Below, one piece after another: positions 58,735-64,000 of a stretch of 64,000 nucleotides of DNA (position 1 is the stretch's first letter; each line of letters opens with the position of its first letter). The stretch is from IMG/VR virus record IMGVR_UViG_3300028030_000007, positions 1 through 64,000 of that record. One strand, given 5' to 3'. The position numbers were made by a program, and so were the translations under genes. The notes beneath the pieces are model-generated. The model ran no database searches. It was given only the letters and a program-made list of their open reading frames with translations, and was not told the origin of the DNA. The DNA comes from a virus.

Positions 58735-61122
58735 ATGTCTGAAGAGAAACAAAGTTGGCAAAATGGTATTATAAAGTTTAGTGGTTTTGACACAGAACCA
58801 CTAGATAGTATCATAGACGCTCTTCAATCTGTAGAAGATGCTCTTCAAGCTATCATAGACATTTTGCAAGCATTTATGATCGATGTTAATCCGTTTAGCA
58901 TCGGTGGTATCATAAATGCTTTTATCCAAGCTATAAAAGATTTTCTTGAACAAATAACTAACTCAGGATTATTTATACTACCGATCATTCCTGATATGTC
59001 AAGGGATGACCTTCAATCAATCATTGAATCAATACACGGTGGATATGATAAGTTTGAGTCAAAAGTAGTTGGAAAACTTTTAGATGAAGCTGATATAAAT
59101 CGTCCTGAGTTTAATACTAAGATGAGCGTGGCTATGATGGTCATGTATATGGGTGCTGATTATCCATACGAACTCATTAGAGAAATAATGGCATTGATGC
59201 AGCTTCTTAATGTTGCTAACAAAGAGCTGTTTCTTCCCGCCCCAATAAATGTAAAAGTAAATCAAATAAAACAAAGTGGAGATGTTGTCGGAAGTTTCAA
59301 AGAACTTTTTGACTCTGATGATGAACTGAATAATTCTTCCCTTGTCGTTGAGTGGACTATGGGAAGTGCGTCTGCTAACGTTGAGGGAGCGATAATAAAT
59401 AGAGTAACGTCAATGATATCTACCTATAGCTATCCGAATTTTCTTATTGAAAGATTTGAAAGTAAGAAAAAGACAATTGTTAAATTAGACTCACCGGGCG
59501 GGACGTTTGTAAGCAAGGCAAATGAATCAATAAAGGTATATACAGAAAATTCAAACCCACTAGTTACCACTAAGGTTTCATTAAGAGAGAAGGATGGGTC
59601 AATATTTAATGTACCTAATAAGGTAATGTTTTATGATAGTTCTGATGGTACGTCAAATATTATAGATAACATAACAGATAGTTTTAAATTCACTGATAGT
59701 AATCTAGAACCAGAAACCAGTTATTATTACAGGGTGAGAGCTTGTTTTGGTGACCCAAGCAAGTATATTGAGGCTGTTGACGATTTCAATAGCGGTAATG
59801 ACAAAGCCTTTGATAATTATTATAAGAAAACTCCTGCAAATGAATGCATACTTGAATTCGGTGGTGACTTTCATATGGGAAGATCATCACTTATGGTTGA
59901 TGGTAAGATAGTAGACGCGATAACAAAGGTCCCAGGATCATTGTCTAGTGATAATGATTTATATAATCAGGTTCATACTGTTATACTAGCCGGTGCTATA
60001 CTTGGGATGGACATGCAGCCGTATAGACAGTATGATGATGATTACCTTGTAAAAATGAAGACAGGATTTGGACTATTATCTAGTCTTCATAGCGATCTTC
60101 AAATGCTTAGGGGTGTTGAAAAATACTCATATGGATTTGCTAGGAGTAAATTAGTCTCAATATCTGTAAGAAAGTTAGCCAATAAAATAGTTGAAAGTCT
60201 GATAAATAATTATGAATTTAGGAATGATGTAGTCTATAAACTCAGTGAAGCGTTCGAAATAGCAAGTACAATAACACATAGTAATGTAAGCTACATGTTA
60301 TTCTATGATAAAACAGCGTCAGTTGGAATACAAAATGACGTGTTACTCGATGAATACCTAAGATTACCACTAAAGGATCCATTCAGAGTTGAGTATGCTC
60401 AGATAACGTCAGATAAACAGATACGTTTAGATTTCCCAATACCACTTGAGCACGTTTCATATGAGTCTAGACAAAAGATAGCGGACGCTATAAATCAAAT
60501 GATGGTATTAGACTCGTACAATAGTGGATATTTACAGTGGAGGTCAATAACTGTTGGGGACCTGTTTAATACAATAGTGCCATTCGTTATGGATCTGATT
60601 AATTATCTAGACTCACTCATGCATGCTTTAAAGAGTATACTATCTAAAATAATACGTTTGTTAGAAAATCTTAAACAAAAAATAAATGATCTTAAATATA
60701 TCATAGAAGCGATAGAAGCAATAATAAAGATGCTCGTGTTAGACATTAACGTATCGCTTCTAACCTATAGTGGTGATGCTACAAATCAAGATTTGGTTGA
60801 TATAATGAGAAATTCTGACAATAAACCAAGTCTAAACTCTAATAATAACTGTCATTCGGGTATTGTGTTCTTAGCTGGCGGTCCTGGGTCTGGTGCCGTT
60901 CGAGCGGTGGAAACGTTGGCGTTTTTACTAACGTTAGGGCAGATGAAACCGGAGTCAGGAGTTAACCCACAAATTGATAAATTGTTAGAATCATACGATG
61001 ACACAAAAGAAAAGATCGATGAAACGTATGATGATATATTTGAACCGGATGATATATCAGAAGATGAAGAAAAGAACAAGAAAATAATAAGAGGCGATAT
61101 TGATAAACTTTCAAATCTTTAG
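58735..61122 (+). CDS. Baseplate-region protein with FN3-like domain and helical termini
   Basis: LPAPINV...VEW...FTDSNLEPETSYYYRVRA is an FN3 signature. Confidence 0.6.
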   Translation: MSEEKQSWQNGIIKFSGFDTEPLDSIIDALQSVEDALQAIIDILQAFMIDVNPFSIGGIINAFIQAIKDFLEQITNSGLFILPIIPDMSRDDLQSIIESIHGGYDKFESKVVGKLLDEADINRPEFNTKMSVAMMVMYMGADYPYELIREIMALMQLLNVANKELFLPAPINVKVNQIKQSGDVVGSFKELFDSDDELNNSSLVVEWTMGSASANVEGAIINRVTSMISTYSYPNFLIERFESKKKTIVKLDSPGGTFVSKANESIKVYTENSNPLVTTKVSLREKDGSIFNVPNKVMFYDSSDGTSNIIDNITDSFKFTDSNLEPETSYYYRVRACFGDPSKYIEAVDDFNSGNDKAFDNYYKKTPANECILEFGGDFHMGRSSLMVDGKIVDAITKVPGSLSSDNDLYNQVHTVILAGAILGMDMQPYRQYDDDYLVKMKTGFGLLSSLHSDLQMLRGVEKYSYGFARSKLVSISVRKLANKIVESLINNYEFRNDVVYKLSEAFEIASTITHSNVSYMLFYDKTASVGIQNDVLLDEYLRLPLKDPFRVEYAQITSDKQIRLDFPIPLEHVSYESRQKIADAINQMMVLDSYNSGYLQWRSITVGDLFNTIVPFVMDLINYLDSLMHALKSILSKIIRLLENLKQKINDLKYIIEAIEAIIKMLVLDINVSLLTYSGDATNQDLVDIMRNSDNKPSLNSNNNCHSGIVFLAGGPGSGAVRAVETLAFLLTLGQMKPESGVNPQIDKLLESYDDTKEKIDETYDDIFEPDDISEDEEKNKKIIRGDIDKLSNL

Positions 61123-61131
61123 GACGTAGTA

Positions 61132-61788
61132 ATGTTTAATTTCAATGGAGTATTTACAGATAAACAATGGGAAGCTTTCAGAGCTTTCACACTCGTTCAA
61201 AGAGTTGATATAGAAAAAAGAATGACGTGGCTAAAAAGGGAGATACTGAAAACAGGCATATTCACTGCTGAGTATGAGGGAAACTTTCCTAAAAAGTTTT
61301 CGGTTTTTCCGTTAGATTCTTATGGTGCTAAATTACTTGACGCATACAGAATGTTAGGTGGTGTACCTGAGAGGGACATGCTACTTCGTAATAAAGAGTA
61401 CCCAGCGTATTTACAAAAGGGTACACAGTCAAGTATGGATGGCGACGCTACTAAATCGTTTGGATCATCATTCTCTGACGGATTTCAAATAAAGAGTGAA
61501 AACATAGACGATAGAGATACAGCTGGTGTCATAATGAGACTTAAAAGTTGGCAGTCTGACGTGATACAGGCTAAAAGAGAAGCCATTCAATATAGAATAA
61601 AAAAAGCGATGGACATGTCAGATCAAATAATTAATGAATACGAACTTTTAAGTAAATCATTGAAAGACCAAATAGATCATGATATTGTAATAATATCTAT
61701 GTATGTATATGATCCAAATAACATACAAATATATGAGGGAGACCGATTCGGTCTAGAGAAATTTGAGCATGAAGATCCTCTTACATAA
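61132..61788 (+). CDS. Hypothetical protein (baseplate region)
   Basis: 218 aa, SD AGGA. Confidence 0.55.
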   Translation: MFNFNGVFTDKQWEAFRAFTLVQRVDIEKRMTWLKREILKTGIFTAEYEGNFPKKFSVFPLDSYGAKLLDAYRMLGGVPERDMLLRNKEYPAYLQKGTQSSMDGDATKSFGSSFSDGFQIKSENIDDRDTAGVIMRLKSWQSDVIQAKREAIQYRIKKAMDMSDQIINEYELLSKSLKDQIDHDIVIISMYVYDPNNIQIYEGDRFGLEKFEHEDPLT

Positions 61789-61814
61789 ACCTTTAGTTTA
61801 CGGTTGTTTGTAAG

Positions 61815-62933
61815 ATGTCTTATGACTTTAGAACACTTAGACCGTGCAAGCATAGAGTAGAAAGAGCACAAGCTGTTCTTTCAGTTGATGGGCTCGGTCT
61901 TGTATTCGATGATGACGTGGCGTCAACGTCATCGGTAAAACTTTATTATGATGGTACGGAAGTCCCCAGAGATGGTCTTTATTCGACGCCACAGCATTTA
62001 ATAAAAAGTAAACTATCATATAGATTCACATCATCATGCAATAAGTTTAAAATAAAGGTTAGTGGTAGTCCGGAAAGAGTTGTGCAACTTCCGATAAAAA
62101 CAATGCTGACTGCTGACCTATATAGTGTACTGCGATCAAATCTGTCAGATATACTGTCAGTGTCACTAGTTGACAATGGGATATTATTAAAATCAAAATC
62201 AATAAATCAATCGATAGCATTTATAGATCCTAGATCAACCGATAAAGGTGAACTGTTTGATATAACTAAAAATATGTTGTGCACATTGAATACTATCGGT
62301 GTTACACCCGGAAGAGTAGCTAAAAGGAAACTGATCGTACCTGGATGGGACGCTGTAAAATCACCGAGTAACGTCTCCGTGCACACATACATGTTGATGT
62401 TTAGGTCAACATTTAAAAGTAAATCGGCTTTGTTTGAACTTTCGTACAACACAACACCGAGTTCTTGTAGAAGATGTTATGGACTCGGATACGAGTTTGA
62501 CTATGGGAGACAAAACGATTCATATGAAACTGTTAATGGAAGGAACTTACTTGTTCAAGAATTTGACAAATTTCTTTATACAAAGTATGGATCGCATTTC
62601 AAGTGGCGCTGGTTTGGAACTCAAATCCTGGATAGGATAGGCGCAAAATCCGTTGGGTATATGATCCAGTCTGATGTAAATAAAGCATTTGATATTTATA
62701 AGGATATAAAAACACAACAGATGCATAGTTTCTTGTTTCAAAATGTGTCTGACGCTGAATTCCCTCAAAACTTAGATGATATATCGGTTTCAATAGATCC
62801 AAACGACCCAACTATAACAAAACTTAACATAGTAGTCTCTAACTCAACATACGAATCTATTGATCTGTACAAACAAATCAATTCTAACCTTGGAGTTGTC
62901 ATGTACGACAACTCTTACCTGCTTCGTGGATAA
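61815..62933 (+). CDS. Baseplate wedge protein, gp25-like C-terminal domain
   Basis: LLVQEFDKFLYT..GS......FGT.I...IG and VSIDPNDPT; CRRC knuckle; precedes a J-like gene. Confidence 0.6.
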   Translation: MSYDFRTLRPCKHRVERAQAVLSVDGLGLVFDDDVASTSSVKLYYDGTEVPRDGLYSTPQHLIKSKLSYRFTSSCNKFKIKVSGSPERVVQLPIKTMLTADLYSVLRSNLSDILSVSLVDNGILLKSKSINQSIAFIDPRSTDKGELFDITKNMLCTLNTIGVTPGRVAKRKLIVPGWDAVKSPSNVSVHTYMLMFRSTFKSKSALFELSYNTTPSSCRRCYGLGYEFDYGRQNDSYETVNGRNLLVQEFDKFLYTKYGSHFKWRWFGTQILDRIGAKSVGYMIQSDVNKAFDIYKDIKTQQMHSFLFQNVSDAEFPQNLDDISVSIDPNDPTITKLNIVVSNSTYESIDLYKQINSNLGVVMYDNSYLLRG

Positions 62934-62938
62934 AACCT

Positions 62939-64000
62939 ATGGCTTCTACTCCTGTTGTATCAGTTTTTGATAATAATTATGTGGAAAGCTTGAGCTTTTA
63001 CACGAATAGCCAGGATGTGTTCATTCATGGAATCATAGATAGTAATGCTGTTGATGTACAAGTTTCAATAGATGGAGGTCAATACACATCAGACAGTTCA
63101 TTAGTTAAAATTGATGGAACGTCAATCACGGTTCCTAACCCAGATAGTTTCCAAGATGGCTATGAACTTCATGACGGGTCGAATGAGATAAAAATAAGGT
63201 CAATAGACATAAACGGATCTGCGAGTCAAGCGGCTGTTGTGTCTATCAATTATATATCATCATCCCCTACCATGTATTACCCACCGTCTGGTGTTTATGT
63301 AAAAAGGAATTCGAATGACGTTGAGGTTTTCTGGTCAATAACTGGAAACGTATCAAAACTTGTCGGGTTTAACGTCTATGCGTCAACATTGCCCGGTGGG
63401 CTAGGTTCTGGATATTTGAAACTTAATCTAAACACCGTACCTAGTGATTCAATATATGATACTAAAGCACAATATGATGAAATAGACTCAATATCATACA
63501 CTAGTATTGACACTACTAACGGATATTTAAATATAAAATCATCAGTTAGTAGCCTGATTAATCCAACAAATGAAACTACAAAAACAATAAATTCTATAGA
63601 TGTATTGGATTATAGCGCTGTAAAACTTGACGTTACTGTATCTGAAACTACGCTAACTAACGTATATAGATTTGTCCATGATAGGTCTGGTCTTGCGTCA
63701 AAAGGGATCTTAAACAGTGACACGTTTGACGCCGTTAACACTGAGGATGATATATACTATGTTGTTACGGCACTATATAAGGATTCAAATAATAACGTGT
63801 ATGAAAGCGCATACTCTATCGAAATATCAGGGAAACCACTTAATATGGACTCAACGATAGTTGGTATAGACATAAGATCCGATAGTGATATATCGACTAG
63901 CTACATTCAATATATTCAATCAACGAATCCAGAACTTTCATTGATTCCCGGATCGACGATAAGAGAGATTCACATTGAACCGTTGGCTAATGAGGTTCAA
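62939..64000 (+). CDS. Baseplate wedge J/gp6-like protein with N-terminal Ig/FN3 domains (3'-truncated; absent from ORF track)
   Basis: Open from ATG 62939 to the window end: MASTPVVSVF...GFNVY...NPELSLIPGSTIREIHIEPLANEVQ; the last part matches the baseplate-J N-terminal pattern. Confidence 0.65.
   Translation, partial: MASTPVVSVFDNNYVESLSFYTNSQDVFIHGIIDSNAVDVQVSIDGGQYTSDSSLVKIDGTSITVPNPDSFQDGYELHDGSNEIKIRSIDINGSASQAAVVSINYISSSPTMYYPPSGVYVKRNSNDVEVFWSITGNVSKLVGFNVYASTLPGGLGSGYLKLNLNTVPSDSIYDTKAQYDEIDSISYTSIDTTNGYLNIKSSVSSLINPTNETTKTINSIDVLDYSAVKLDVTVSETTLTNVYRFVHDRSGLASKGILNSDTFDAVNTEDDIYYVVTALYKDSNNNVYESAYSIEISGKPLNMDSTIVGIDIRSDSDISTSYIQYIQSTNPELSLIPGSTIREIHIEPLANEVQ

Noticed and set aside
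1-64000. Stop-codon reassignment (alternative genetic code)
   Set aside because: Code 11 gives near-complete coding density with intact genes, and TAA, TAG and TGA all terminate genes.
31082-64000. Bacterial contractile injection system or tailocin
   Set aside because: Linked terminase, portal, protease and capsid genes show it is a complete phage virion module.
1-64000. Inteins, introns, homing endonucleases, tRNA genes, integrase
   Set aside because: No intein splice motifs, LAGLIDADG/HNH/GIY-YIG motifs, cloverleaf or recombinase motifs recognised by eye; tRNAscan and HMM searches would be needed to exclude them fully.

Overview
The whole window is a single, gene-dense, mostly + strand virion-morphogenesis region of a large (jumbo-type) contractile-tailed bacteriophage, read with the standard code 11. 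It is open at both ends. Gene order: terminase large subunit (5'-truncated), portal, a block of head-associated hypotheticals, prohead protease, scaffold, capsid-associated protein, major capsid protein (MCP) plus an AT-rich MCP paralogue, neck/head-completion genes, tail completion, a 1686-aa tail sheath, tail tube, two chaperone-like ORFs, tape measure, tube-initiator/hub/spike and baseplate wedge genes (last one 3'-truncated). Accessory genes are interleaved: a membrane-anchored GT51 peptidoglycan glycosyltransferase, an AAA_28-type P-loop protein, a SWIM protein, two FmdB-like zinc ribbons, TilS, an MreB/MamK-like actin and PIN-PhoH. The most notable signals are: (1) a recurrent [K/R]-x-A-[A/S] motif and shared N-terminal leaders on about 15 otherwise unrelated ORFs, the protease and the scaffold, suggesting a capsid-targeting and proteolytic-maturation code for packaged cargo; (2) a phage actin flanked by Lys-rich tailed proteins inside the structural operon; (3) a duplicated, diverged MCP; (4) a His-repeat insertion in the sheath; (5) TilS matching heavy ATA codon use. 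No tRNA, rRNA, CRISPR array or mobile element was recognised. All functional calls come from motif recognition and synteny, not from database searches.
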